The notes under the pieces were generated by a model. The model saw only the letters and a program-made list of their open reading frames with translations, made no database searches and was not told the DNA's origin. A DNA stretch of 64,000 nt, taken from Anthoceros angustus (Eukaryota > Plantae > Anthocerotophyta). The first letter of the stretch is position 1; each line of letters starts with the position of its first letter. Made by a program: the position numbers and the translations under genes. The DNA is taken from positions 1,488,001 through 1,552,000 of the forward strand of contig MU008159.1 in NCBI GenBank assembly GCA_010909165.1, written 5' to 3'. Below are positions 1 through 12,677 of this stretch, piece after piece.

Positions 1-794
1 TGGCCCAGCCGCTCCGTAGTGCTACCGGCTGGTGACAGCCTCCCCGTCATGGTGTAACAGTTCCATGGAGTACCTTACACGTAAATAAAGCTCTGTTTCG
101 TCAGATTCAAGTCCTTCGCTGAGACGGTGTCCTCCCACTGTCTCCACATCAGTGTACAGCATAATCATAACTACAAAAATTAACAGGACTCGTTGGCCAC
201 AATGGCAGGTGGGCCGGGGACGCTCATGTCATCAGCTTCCTCCCTCGGGGACTCAGGTGCCGCCTGCTCCATACAGCAACTCTCGTGTTAACAATGTTCT
301 CTTTCGAAACCCTCACGAAAGAACGAGTAAAAAGCCATCAAGGCCACAGACAGAACAAACACCAGAACTCCATTAGTGCTGCATCCCATGAGTTCCTATG
401 CGAACACAAGGACACCAGAGATTTCAACGTCATAGCCTCTGGCTAGGATGTCACCTACCAAAAAGCTTCACAATGTCTACCTACAATAACTGGCAAACAG
501 GAAATCAGGAGAAGAGTAGAGTTCTAGGTGGCAATGTTGTCCTCTAATGTTAGATATTCCCCATCAATGGAGGAGACAGGCTTGTCCACCAAGCATGCCA
601 AAGAATACGCCTTAGAGGCCCAAATACGTGGCTGCCAGCCAACAAGTTCTAAGAAACGACAGCACCAAAAGCTGAATAATGAGTTCTCCATTTGGACTCC
701 ACAGAGAGAACCATCAGTCATGCATTACAGAAAGCATGGTACTGACATGGGTCTGACAGCCAAAGAGCTACGTCCATCAACCTTGTAGCAGCAT

Positions 795-2108
795 CTAATC
801 TTTGGAAGAGCTTGCCTTGTCAGATGCCGCCGACTTCTTCCCACGATTATAGCGCTGCACCCCGAACCACCATGTTTAGATTTCTCCGAGAGATATAACA
901 GACACAGAAAATACACAGCAAGCAAGAAAATATTCCAGACGCAAGATCTATTCTCATTGACGCAAGCTGGATGAGATGGCACAACAACCATCCTCACAAT
1001 GGACCCTAGTTGTTCACTCCAGCAACACCTTACAAACAAGTGAATAACACCTGCTCCTGGGGCATCAGAATAATACCTGCTTTCCGAAGGAGAAGGGCAC
1101 ATATCTGTACTTAATCATGTGTCTAATTTGCCGCTTCATTGTCAACACGAAGAGGACAACCCAATACAGCAGCAAGATTGGCCAGAACACTGGGACGTCG
1201 AAGATGGAGAAAAAAGTCAAAGAAAATGCAACGCAGAAGGCCTTAGTCAGCGCATACCTGCACATATGTCAACCATTTTAAGTCTAAACCAGTCAGCGAT
1301 CAACAACTCAATGACGCCCTGACTGCCAGATCCGCAAGCAACAGAAGAATAACATCAAGGGATAGAAGAAATCCTAGAATAAGCTGATGGCTGACCCGGA
1401 AGACAAGTCACAACGTTAACGACACAGGCAGGCTCAAGTTCCAGCTGACGTTATCATTCCAAGCCAATTGGAACTAGCACCGATATCACTAGTGCAGAAA
1501 CGGAACGGCGGCAAACCATGCTACTCACTCCGCAACAGCGAAAGAGTAATGAAAACAGCCCAATTGCAGAGGCAGAGCAACAACTAGCAGCTCGGTCGGT
1601 CAGAATACAAAGAAACAGATCAGACCTGTTCATCAGGAAACGTCAGGGGGTATGCAGCTCCATTCGATACGCATCACCTCCGAAGCTAATACAGGGGAAG
1701 AAAAAAACAGCGTCCAAAACAGGCAGAAAATGAGACACAAGCAAGGTAAGAAGCAAACCAGAATTTGAACTCCGGCAGGCGGCGAATGAAGGGCTTAAAC
1801 TCATCACTGCCCTTGGTCGGCAACGCAGGCCCCTCGTTCTCGGGGTCGATTTGAGGAGAAAGGAACCCTATCAAGAGGTTGAGGATGTAAATCCCCAAGC
1901 CATATGTGACGATGTAGAAACCCTTGACCGAATATACTCGCAGGCAGTAGATTGCGAAGGCCACGAGAGAGCCGGTCCAGCGAGCCACGGGATGCGGTGT
2001 GGACTTGTCCAGATAATACTGGAACTTTCGAGCCAGATTGTCCCTCCACTTCACAGCGGGTGCTTTGCCTGTTCCCAAGGTCGCATCATCGCCGTAGAAC
2101 CCTTCCAT
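795..2108 (-). CDS. RER1: Rer1 family ER-retrieval receptor, 3 exons (2108-1759, 1257-1077, 854-795)
   Basis: Motifs [62 protein letters not shown] and [20 protein letters not shown] junctions are phase-compatible. Last exon reads [19 protein letters not shown]. Confidence 0.95.
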
Positions 2109-2861
2109 CGCGGCTGGCTGTGCTGGCGATGCAACCTAGAGCAACCTGCGCCCCTAGCCCCTGGCAGTACCACGCCGGGACCAGGTGCTTGCAGTGTCAA
2201 ACCCTGCGATCGGAAAGGCGTGCGTCCGCAGCTCCCTACATCCATTTGCTGCAAAGCAACCCCACAGCTCCCATGGCGAAATACGGCAAGGAAGGAAAGC
2301 GCGGATCTCCCTACACAGTATTCAGTCGGTGATGACCGGCACCCAGACCGCAACTACAGTCGCGACTCAAAGATCGCCAACAACAAAAGCACAAGGCGAC
2401 TGGATTCCACGATGCCGAACATACCATCCTACTGCTAACTGGGGTTTCCACAACCACAGTTAACATTTGGTTTCTACATCCGGTTTCCACACGAATGCAT
2501 AAATATTATGTCTTAGCTAATTATTGAAAATAGGTACCTAGAAGATGCCGGTCCCTTGTCAATCATCCCTTCTTCAGACAAAGCGCAGAAACAGGAGGTT
2601 TTCGGTTTGCCTTTGAGAAATTTGCGGAACGGGTTCTTTAGGTAATGGCGAGGAGTGTGCAGCGACCGAATTCTTTCAACAGTGTGCAAAGAGTGCAGGC
2701 CACGTGATTCGAGCTTTGATACTGTACAAGCAGTTCCTACAGTTTGAGGTGATAGATGGGAGAATCCAAACAGCCTTTTAAACAGTCTACCATGTCGAGG
2801 CACTGATATATTACATAAAGAATTGATTCATAAAAATGTTCTGTACAAGCAGTGTGAAAGC

Positions 2862-5488
2862 TCAGAAGCCCGCAGGTACACCATCCTTTCTCAAGTCGCT
2901 CACTCCAATCAGCTTGCCGTAGACAAGGCCTCTTGCAACTGGACGGTCCTGAAGGGGCTTCACAATGGTACTCAGGTCTTGTACCACAACTTGGACGATC
3001 GCTCCTGATGACTTGCTCTCTAGCTTATGTCCTCTATCCTTCAAAGCTTCGATGTAGTCACTGGAAAGCTCAATATGGTCCCCTGTCACCACTGTCCAGT
3101 TTTCATACTGCACGACATTGGGGACAAGCTGCACAGGAAACATGAGAGAAACATTAGATGGAAATAGGGGGTCGCCTTATCCGTCTGTCTGGTCCAAGGC
3201 CAGCTACAAAGGGCTGTTTGACTCACCTGATGGTGCACACGGGGAGACAGCACAGAGCTCAGAGGGTCCATTCCCTTCACTAATAGATTGAGTATGACCT
3301 GGGCAATCGCTGTTATGATTTTTGACCCACCAGAAGCTCCAAACACTCCCTTAACCTGGCCATCCTGTGCCAGAAAAAAGAAGGTTTTACACACTCAAAG
3401 ACTAAAAACCTTATGATGACTGCATAGGCAAGCAAGAAAAGACGAGGCGTACCTTAACAACAATTGTCGGAGCCATGGCAGACAGTGGGCGCTTATTGGG
3501 TCTGATGAAGTTTGCCGCAGCAGGAGGCAGCTTGTCAGGAGCGATATCCGTGGGGGCTGCAAAGTCATCCATCTCATTGTTGAGCAAGATCCCCGTGGAA
3601 GGTGACATGAGGAGAGAGCCGAATACATCGTTCACTGTACTGGTGAGCGATACTGCATTGCGCTCTGCATCCACAATACCAAAGTGGCTGGTACCGTGAT
3701 CCGTCAGCTGGTTCCAACTGTAGACAAGGGCATCATCACATGTTAGGGCTTGTAGCTACAACAACTCCGAAGTAAATAATGCGGCTTCCAAAGATGACCC
3801 ACGATGAACACTTTGAACCAAGCATCACATCATGGCTTGCTGTTGCTTGTATCCTGCTGAAGAAGTAGTGGGAGCACACCTTCCACCGTAATAGTCTGCT
3901 GCGAAAGTAGTGTTGTCCACTATCTGCTCCCGAAGCTGAGAGGCAAACTTGGAAGACAGCATGTCGTTTAAAACGTTTGTCACGTCCACGAAGTCGGGGT
4001 CACCTATATTCATACGGATGGCATACGTATGCTTGAAGGCCTCGACCAGGCGGTGCAACCCCAAAGTCCCAAGCACATCCGCTGGTGACTTGTAGCTGGC
4101 AAGGATGTTCAGAATCTGGGCTCCCACAGGAGCATCACAGTCAGCCACCCGTCCAACAATAGAGGCAGCAAAGCACCAAGCATTTTACACAGCCGGGTGA
4201 TGCACATGCACATACCAGAATCAAGCCTGCACCACCAGACGAGGGCGGAGGCATCCCCAGCACACTGTACCCCATCACCTCAGCATAGACAGGCTTCCGC
4301 ACCTTCACCCGATACTCTGCCAAGTCCCTGCGAGTCAGAATGCCCCCTGCTGCGCGGACGTCCTTCACAATGGCTGCCCCAATGCTGCCTGTGTAGAACA
4401 CCCTGGGCCCCAACCTGGCCACCAGCTGAAGAGTCTTGGCCAGCTTCGGCCGATAGCACACATCCCCGGCACCCAAAACGGTCCCATTCCGAGCCAGGAA
4501 CTCCGCCAGGTCCGGGTTCCCCAAGATGACCTCGCTCTTGGACACGATCTTAGCCGCAAGGTAAGGAGTAACCTCGAATCCAGCCCCGGCAATCCTGGCA
4601 GCCGGAAGCACCAGCCTCCTCCATGGAAGCCTCCCGTGCCTCTCCCAGGCCAGGTGTAGGCCGGCCAGCTCCCCCGGAGTTCCCACCGACAGGGCCCCCA
4701 CGGACTTGGCGTTCAGGTCCTCCTCGTACATGTTCTGCGTGAGAAAAGCCAGCCGCATTGAGGCACAGCCCACAAAGCCCATCCAGCCATGCCCTGCAGT
4801 ACAGACTAGAGTAGAGCACCTCGGAAGCAGCGGCAGGAGCAGTCTCCCGCATGTCGTACGCAATGGCCTGGCCGGTGGCCAGCCTGAGCAGCATGAAGGC
4901 CCCGCCCCCCAGGCCGCTGGACTCGGGGCTCACCACCCCGAGGCACAGCGTTGTCGCCACAGCTGCGTCGATGGCGTTTCCGCCATCCTTGAGCACGTCC
5001 CGGCCTACCCCGGAGCACCTGACGTCGTCGGCAGCCACCATCCCGTGATCGGCCTCCACAACCCGGGGCTTCTGATTCTCGTACCCCGTCGCCCACCCAG
5101 AAGCGGGCTGCTGCTGCAGCACGCTCGCATTTCCTCCATCGTACACGGAGCGCCACTGCGAGACGCAAATCAGCACCACGACTGCGCTGCATGCGACCAA
5201 GCTCCCGATCACTGAAATCACGACAACAACAACATCAACTCCTCAGCAGACTGTCAGCAAAAACATCCCATTCCCAAATAAATCTCCCAATATTGCTTCC
5301 TCCTCCCGTTGCAGCTGGAATTCACGGATCTTCTCACTCAGCACAGCGGCCAACTTGGCGCCTGCGGAGGCGGGACCGCGCGCGAATTGCAGGGCTGGAG
5401 CTGGAGCTGGGGCTGAGGCTGAGGCTGAGGCTGCGGCTCCCCGCTCTGCATCGGCCAGCAGGGGCAGCAGGGGCCCGGGGTCGGCCAT
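2862..5488 (-). CDS. GGT: Gamma-glutamyl transpeptidase / glutathione hydrolase, copy A; N-terminal tail plus TM anchor, about 7 exons
   Basis: [62 protein letters not shown] (catalytic Thr), LLNNEMDDF, RPLSAMAP, GASGGSKI, SDLRKDG. Start codon inferred (MADPGPLLPLL). Confidence 0.93.
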
Positions 5489-6162
5489 CCCGAATTATTC
5501 CGCACGAGTGACCAGATGCAGGCTCCGGGGGTGTCACGCCATATGCATCAACCGAGTCCCAAGCAGGGACAGGAACGCCATGGCGATTGCACTTTCCTCT
5601 CCTCACCTACAACTGGAGCAGGAACAATGAATGGGGCTCAACAATGGGCTCTTCTGGCCGACGAAGTGGAAGGCAAGGGGAAAATGTCGTTGCGTCTTGC
5701 ATTTGGGAAGCTCAGGCCACCCGGAACCTGTGGTGGTGGGTCCCGGGATCTCCGGTGTTGGAGGGGGACTTCCCTGGCCCCTGGATCGTTCTTTGCCGCC
5801 CATGCACTGTATCCCACCCACACACGCTCAAAAGGCTTTCCTGAGTAAAATGCGGAAGATTAGGCAAGCCTCCAAAGACTTATACTAGGCGCATAGGCCT
5901 CGTACATACTATGTATATCCAAGGCTGTTTCTAGCATGAGCAGTACGCGGCTCTTTCACAAGCCGTTCATCAAGGCTGTATTCGTTTTTTCATATTGAGC
6001 TTTATAATAATTCAATTTTCACATAAGTTTTTATAAAATATTTTATCTATTTTCCTTGATTAATATAAATTATATCTATTTTATGTTGTTATCTATATCG
6101 ATATCATATCAAATGTGTGTATGAATGGCTTAGGCCAAATGGACACACATTTATAAGAACCT

Positions 6163-6356
6163 CGTGATTAAGCATCATGAGCTTAGGATGGGTTGCCTGA
6201 AGGGAGTGGATGCCCTTAGAGCGAGTAGCTTAGGCACACCATGGTACAAGTTATCGTGATTAAACATCTTGAGCTTAGATCAATACTTAGATGGGGTGCT
6301 TGAAGCGAGTGGATGCCCTTGGTGCAAGTAGCTTAGACACACCATGATACAAGTTG
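6163..6356. repeat. Imperfect tandem duplication (about 90-100 bp, 2 copies) inside an AT-rich island (about 5950-6680), probably TE-derived
   Basis: cgtgattaagcatcatgagcttag...cacaccatggtacaagtt is followed by cgtgattaaacatcttgagcttag...cacaccatgatacaagtt. Confidence 0.7.
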
Positions 6357-6851
6357 TTAAGTACAAGTCCCATGACGGAAATCCGTCCTCAGTGGACTTA
6401 CTTCTTCATACAAGATCTACATATAGAATTCATATTTAAGATATCAAACAACCCACACATAATCATGTTCATCCCAAACACTTAAAAAAGCCTATTCTTT
6501 AACCCAAACTCTTGAAAAGAAAGATTCAAGAACAAGTAATGGTTTTGACTTTATTTTATTAATAAATATTTTTTAAAATGATATTTTAAATTATATAGAT
6601 GTATGAATAACGTATAGGTATATAAAATATAAGTTGTTTGAATCTTATGAAACTAAGTAAAAGGAAAACCGTTATCTTTAGGAAGGAAGGGGACGCCTCT
6701 ATCACGCCGTGTAACGATCCGCATAATTGCCATTCAGCACTTGCCCCCTTGCACCACTAATGCCAACAAAGAAACAATCTGTGCTCGATGCCGGTTAGTC
6801 CCGTCCCCTTTGCGCCTTGTGCCAGATTTTAATTGCAAGACAAACAGAAGT

Positions 6852-7085
6852 CTAAACAAGTCCCTGCTTTCTACCAGTCCGCGACCCTGGCCAAGAGAAG
6901 CCCGCGTCCGCTCGGCTACCACCAGATGAGACTGTAGTTGTCTCGAGACGGTCAAGATCCATGGTGATGGCGAGAGATTCAGGTACAACAGTGGCGGCGC
7001 CACGAGCTACTGATCGGCATTCCACAGCCACCAGAAGACAGGCAAGCAGAACGAGACCGGCGGCAGCACGACGGGGGAACGCCAT
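6852..7085 (-). CDS. Putative small secreted protein or peptide precursor (77 aa)
   Basis: ATG in GCCATGG context. MAFPRRAAAGLVLLACLLVAVEC/RS has the n-h-c layout of a signal peptide. No family recognised. Confidence 0.5.
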   Translation of the reverse strand: MAFPRRAAAGLVLLACLLVAVECRSVARGAATVVPESLAITMDLDRLETTTVSSGGSRADAGFSWPGSRTGRKQGLV

Positions 7086-7486
7086 GGCAGTGGAAACAGG
7101 TGATAAAACGCAAACGCGGGGAGAGAGAGCCACTTATGTAACAAATGATCACCCACGCCAGTCAACTACCTGGTGCTGGCACGTCAGCACACGAATCTAC
7201 GGGACATCGGGCCATATGCATTGTCACTGGAATTTCACTGTAGAGGAGATGCCAAGCGAGATACCAAGACAAGAGGAGAAGGCCAACCTGGAGCATCGGG
7301 TACTCGCGACATGAGTGTCCGGCGCCAATGACCCGGAATCCAAAGCGCCAGACCGTGCACACGCTGCCTTCAATCTCTTTGGATGAGGTGAGCGTCAGAA
7401 CGTTGCAGACAGGCGACGCGCTCCAATATGCGAAATGCAAAAAATGAATGAACCGACAATCCGTCTCGACGACGACTCACAGGCCT

Positions 7487-9576
7487 CTACACCAGGCGTG
7501 CAAGCTTTCTCATCTCCGCGGCATTGCCGTTCGTGAGGAAGAAGAGCCTCTTCACGTGCGATTCCACCGGATCCTTTTTCAAAATATTTTGCCTGCAAGG
7601 GAACGGATGTCGTGAAGATCTGACAACGGCCTGCGGCTGAGTGATGGCGAGAACACGATGATAGAAAGAGACAGCAGCAAAGAGATCTGACCTTCGGTAA
7701 TACTGGAATGTGATCATGGCTTCTTCAGGAGTGTAACGAGGTACCTCGAACCGATTTCGCTTCAAAAGTCCAGGTAAATGCAACGGCAATTTACCTACTC
7801 CTGTGGAATGTGAGAATGCTGCTACCATGAGGTGGGATGTCTCCATACTTCGAAAGGCATGAACCTGAAGTTGTCAGCCATGCACTTTTCATCATAAGCA
7901 AGCCCCCATCAGCGGAGACTGACCACATAACGGGAGACGCCCCAGTCAGAGGAAACACAACACCAACCATTGTCAGCTCATGCGCATGTATTTGCCGAGA
8001 TGCTCGCTCCCCAGTGGACTCAAAATACCTGCTCAAGGTGAACCAGTTGTTGTACTGCAGGCACAGGCAAGATCAGAACCCGACAGTAACTTCCAAAGAG
8101 ATGTCCTGCTTATGAGTTGAAGGCATCCTGCAGAACGAAATGCCTTACCTCATCTATGGCGTAGAGCACAGGGACATTTTCTACAAGCTCCAATTCTTCC
8201 TTTAGACGCACCAGAGCACTGACTGACGCCTGACCGATAGAAACTCCTTTCTCCACCAGGTCTCTGAGAGAGGCGCCTGCTGGTAGCCCTAGTTGTTGAG
8301 CACCTCTGACATCTTGGCTGCCTGCTCCTCTGCCAAGGGCAAGAGGAAGTGCAATGCGGCAAGGCAGCGTACGGAGCACCGCCTCATGAGACTTTAGAAA
8401 GCCCTGTCATTCCAACAGCTTCAATGCAAGTTATCAGTTTACGACCAAATAGGGCTAGGTCTTGTTCGTCAAGCGCTCACAAAAATAATGTGCAAAAACG
8501 ACAGGGGGCTAGGTCTTGTTCGTCAAGCGCTCACAAACATAATGTGCAAAGACGACAGCAAGATCAGAATACCTCAAGAACTTGCTTCGCTTGAACGGGT
8601 GTGTCCCAAAAGCCAGTCTCCTCATTCTTGAAGTAGTAGTGGTTTTGAGTCCACTCCCTTCCATTCGGGACATAAAAAACAAGCCACCCTTTAGCTCGTG
8701 CCCAATGCACAAGCATTGCTAGCATGGCACTCTTCCCGCTACCTATAGGACCATCAAGAACGAACTGGCTTTGCCGTGTCACGGCTGCCATCATACAGCA
8801 CTCATTCAGCAGCTGTCCATGGCGTCCACTACGCCTTTCAAACAAACTCCAGCATAAGAGAGGAAGGAAGGAAGGCTCGTACGGAAAGGCCTCCCATTAG
8901 GAAGCTTGAACGGGATTGTATCCTCGACGTGCTTCTGCAGTCTGTTACACAGGTCCAGAAACCGGGTCCGGACAAGCAACGAAGAACCCCTCGAAGCGTC
9001 GAATTCCTTAAGCACACTACCTGGGAGTCCTTCTCCAAAACAGAGATCCCTCTCAGCGGTACTGCAGGAGCCAAAATGAACTTAGTTCCCAGCCCGATCC
9101 GTCAGCCACAACCAAGAAAACCATGCACAAAACCTCATCAGGTACCTCAGCGTGTAATATCTGTTAATATCAGAAACCGAGAATTGCAATGGACTTGTGA
9201 CTGCAGTGTACACTGCATCTCCTGCTCCTGCTAAAGCCCCACTTTCTGCCTTTCCCCTACTGCTATCCTCACCTCTAAGCGCACCATCATCCTCTTCCTC
9301 CAACCCTACCTTATCCTCCTCAGACGCCAAAGCAGACCAGCTCCTGCGTCCTGTGGATAGAGATGATTCCACCACATGCGATGTCTTTCCATCACAGAAT
9401 TCTCGACCTACTCCATTCTGGGACAGATCCCTGCTACTTCCAAATGCGAATGCTGAATAGTCTCGGCCACAATGAGCAACGCACTCCCGCGAGTCCGCAT
9501 TCCAACCTGTCGCATTATACTTCCAGCGGTGACTGCGAGTGGATCGCAGGAGGCGAGAGAGAAGGGCTGACACCAT
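7487..9576 (-). CDS. DAP3: Mitochondrial small-subunit ribosomal protein mS29 / DAP3, multi-exon
   Basis: Arg/Ser-rich presequence MVSALLSRLLRSTRSHR. P-loop VLDGPIGSGKSAMLAMLVHWAR..GWLVFYVP. VPVLYAIDE, IHAHELTMV, MVAAFSHSTGVG, and C-terminal LFFLTNGNAAEMRKL. Confidence 0.9.
8451..8560. repeat. Intronic tandem repeat, about 55 bp x2
   Basis: gggctaggtcttgttcgtcaagcgctcacaaa.ataatgtgcaaa.acgacag occurs twice. Confidence 0.85.
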
Positions 9577-9682
9577 AGCCAAAAAACAGGCTTTCCTTGA
9601 ATGAGGAAAGCCTAGATCGATCTAGAGCGACTCCATAGCTCCCACGAAAGATGGTCCTCCCTCTCCGAACCAGTGGAAGCCG

Positions 9683-9753
9683 AAACCCTAGAATTATGTA
9701 CATTTGTATCGCTTATTACTCATCCAAGTTTGACCTACGAGTTCTAAACCCTA
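9683..9753. promoter_or_regulatory. Two telo-box motifs (AAACCCTA) upstream of DAP3
   Basis: AAACCCTA at 9683-9690 and 9746-9753, 100-180 bp upstream of the ATG. Telo-boxes are characteristic of plant translation-machinery promoters. Confidence 0.55.
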
Positions 9754-9839
9754 CGCTATGTTAAACATGTACATTTGAAAACAAGCCTTCTTGAAATGTA
9801 AATAAAATCCAGAAAGGCGTGTCAAGGACGATGAAGCGA

Positions 9840-10115
9840 GAAGCCAAAGCAGGGCCCACCTGCCCAGGAAAGCCGTCGGGGAAGAGACCTCCAGTGAGAG
9901 CAGACCTGTGCCTCCAAATTGCATAGGCAGGGACGCTTGCCAGTGGGCCAAATCGCCCACAGGGCACTCAAAAGCCCCTGACCGTAGGATGTCTTCAAGA
10001 GTATCCATAATCTTCCTATTAAACCCCCGCAGCCGACACAAAAGGGTCGGAGACGGAGGCAGCGTACGGATGAGGTAACCAGGGCGCCTAGCAAAACAGG
10101 AGGAAAGAATTCCAA
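9840..10115 (-). mobile_element. Fragment of a CRE-type non-LTR retrotransposon (post-RT thumb region)
   Basis: ILSSCFARRPGYLIRTLPP ... QASLPMQFGGTGL ... AFLGRWAL resembles the LPxxxGGLG thumb motif of RLE-clade elements. Confidence 0.65.
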
Positions 10116-11479
10116 AGTTGGTTCCGTCACCCCTCGAGCTGCTCTCTTCGCCACAACTTCTAGCTATGCTGGCGCGGTTGCGGGTGGGGCCTGCTCCTCG
10201 GGTGCCCCGGTCAACAGCAAGGTAGAGGGAATTTCTTCCCAAATCTCCCTCGGTAGTGAGGGGATCCATTCCAGTCGAATGGCATTTGGAATGCCCTCCC
10301 AATGATCTTCCGCCTAGTTACGCCTGGTCTTGGGCTCCGTTGCAGGCTTGTTGTGGGTGCCCTACTCCTCCTCCTCTCTCCCTGCGATCAACAGGTGAGT
10401 GAGCCCCAAGCGGAGCGAGCGTTCCTCCTTACCCTCCCTATGGAGGTTGTGATGCCCCCAAACATGCAAGATGAAGGGGGATAACTCTGACGGAGGAGGT
10501 CGCTCCTAGCGCAACTTCTTCGCCTCCTGCTCTATACGAGCGAAAATAATTCGCGCCCCCCCGCTTGCTTCCCCCTCAGGAGCGCATGCAGGAACACCAG
10601 GAGGTTCTCCCCTTGGTGGTCCACTTTTGTGAGCATGTTCTAGTGGACGATGACCTTGGCCATTGCTCTCACACGTGCGTCCTTCAGGTTCGACATCACC
10701 CATTTCAGAACCTTTGGGCATCAGTCCTCAAGAATACTACCTTAGCAGTCTCCAGCTTCTCCTCCACCCTAAGCGGCTACGGCACCACCCCTTCGATTTC
10801 CTTCGCGAGGTGATTGTACACCGCCTAGAGCGCTTCCACCGTCCAATGCCTCAGATCCTCCCTCAAGCTCTTAGAGCGGACGGCCTTGTTCGCCACTGCC
10901 AGTGGCTTTTGGGGGTACTCCCGGACCAGCGTCACGCTATCATTAGTTCACACCGCTTGGAACATCTCCAAGCACCACTCCTGTATGAGCTCCCCCACTT
11001 CCTCCAACCACGGCTCGAAGTCCGGGTAGTGCTTGGTGATGATGTTCTTCTCCACCAGCGTCCAAGGAATAAGCGCTTCTCCTGATGTCTTCTTCGGCGA
11101 CATCTTGCTGTGCTTTGCGTCTTGCTGGGTGAAGGGTCTCCGCGCCATTACACGTCCTGCTTGTTGTGGCTCGGGTGGGTTACAGAAAGGATGGCGCTGC
11201 TTGGTGCGTTGAAGCTCTGTGAAGACGATGCTTGAACGTCGGAAGAGCAAGCGCCAAAAAGCAGAGTGTCGAAGCGCAAGGGAGTGAGAAAACTACCAAG
11301 ATACGAAAACTAAGAGTCCCTTCCTCCTCCTAGCTGTGGCGCAGCAAGCTTAAGCGTCGCGTGAGAACGTGTCCTTTTGCGGCCAAAAACTACCACCCCT
11401 CCTACATTTTGTACCACACCTTCACGCCCGCCGCCATCTGGTACCTGTCCCCGGGTCGTGACTATCGCCAGCCTATGGC

Positions 11480-12240
11480 TTCTTCGCTCCTTACTTGCGA
11501 GTGCGGCTCTGCCCTCAATGATTCTGAGGTACACCTTGCTCGTTGTCCCCACGGGGGTCATCACATTGCCACTCACGATGCCATCCGCGATGTCATATTC
11601 GCCAACGCTCGCGAAACCAGCTACATGGCCTGGAGGGAGCGGGGGTATACTCTCTGTACAGGTTGTTCAATCAAGGCTAACCTATACCTTGTCCGTGGCG
11701 ACCAGGTTTCGGTGACGGATGTGGTGGTTACCGATCCTACACGTGACACCATCTCCGCTTAGGTCATCACTAACCGTCCAGGTTGGGCTGCTGCCGGAGC
11801 AGCGGCTCTCAAGGTTCGCAAATATAGCAGGATGCAAGCGGGCCACCTCTTTATTCCGCTTGCACTAGAAACGTATGGGGCAATGGCTAAGGACTTTGAC
11901 AAATTTGTCAAGTCATGTGCCAAAGCTTACCATGCGCGCAGACATAGTGCGGGGCTATCCCTCTCGTACTTCACGGCATACTTTCGGCAACGGGTTTCAA
12001 TTGCCCTTCAATCGTCGCTCTCAACAGCGATCCTCCACAAGGCGGCGACAGTAGGTGACGCATCTTCCTCTACCTCCGTGGTTTGCAAGCCGTTTATTCT
12101 TCCTGCATATGACATTATGGGTGCAATAGGTGACTTTAGGTAGGAAGATCAATTGCTCCTCTGCACCTCGACCCCTGGGTCCCCTTTGGTTGTTCCCTCC
12201 TCGATGGGCTCTTCCCTTCGTTTTTTCACCTCAATAAAAA
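11480..12240 (+). mobile_element. 3-prime end of a CRE-type (restriction-like endonuclease) non-LTR retrotransposon, one in-frame stop
   Basis: Zn knuckle CECG..HLARCPHGG..THDAIRD, then DVVVTDP, AAALKVRKY, FIPLALETYG, FRQRVSIALQ. ORFs 11361-11762 and 11832-12143 share a frame across a single TAG. Ends near AATAAAAA at about 12233-12240. Confidence 0.8.
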
Positions 12241-12677
12241 CTCTAGTCGTCAGCTACTGAGAGGACTCAAGGTTTCAACTCAAAGTTCTTTTCGTGCCTT
12301 TTTGTGTGAATGAAAAACATTTGAACTTGTCTCGCCTTATGGAGTCATCCTTTTAATTAGAGAATAAGCTGAAAAAGAAAGCTATGATGTGAAGATTAAT
12401 TGAAATATGTTTCAGTAAAAAAAAAAAGTTTGAATGTTAAATTATTTTTATTTTTTGATATATATATTCTATTATCTACGTATATCCAGTGGGTATAACC
12501 TAGTAAGAATCACATTGTATATGTCTACCTAATATAAACAAGTAGGTTGAGTAAAGATGTCATTTTTTGTAAGATTAGTATTACGTTTGAGGCTCCCAAT
12601 TTGAAATTCTTTATAATATCATCAATCCCACACATGATGTGTTAAAATTCTCCATCTTCTTCTTCACATATCTAGAT

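Noticed and set aside
1-520. Start of another minus-strand gene at the window edge
   Set aside because: Only about 16 codons after an ATG near position 50 are visible, which is too little to support a call.
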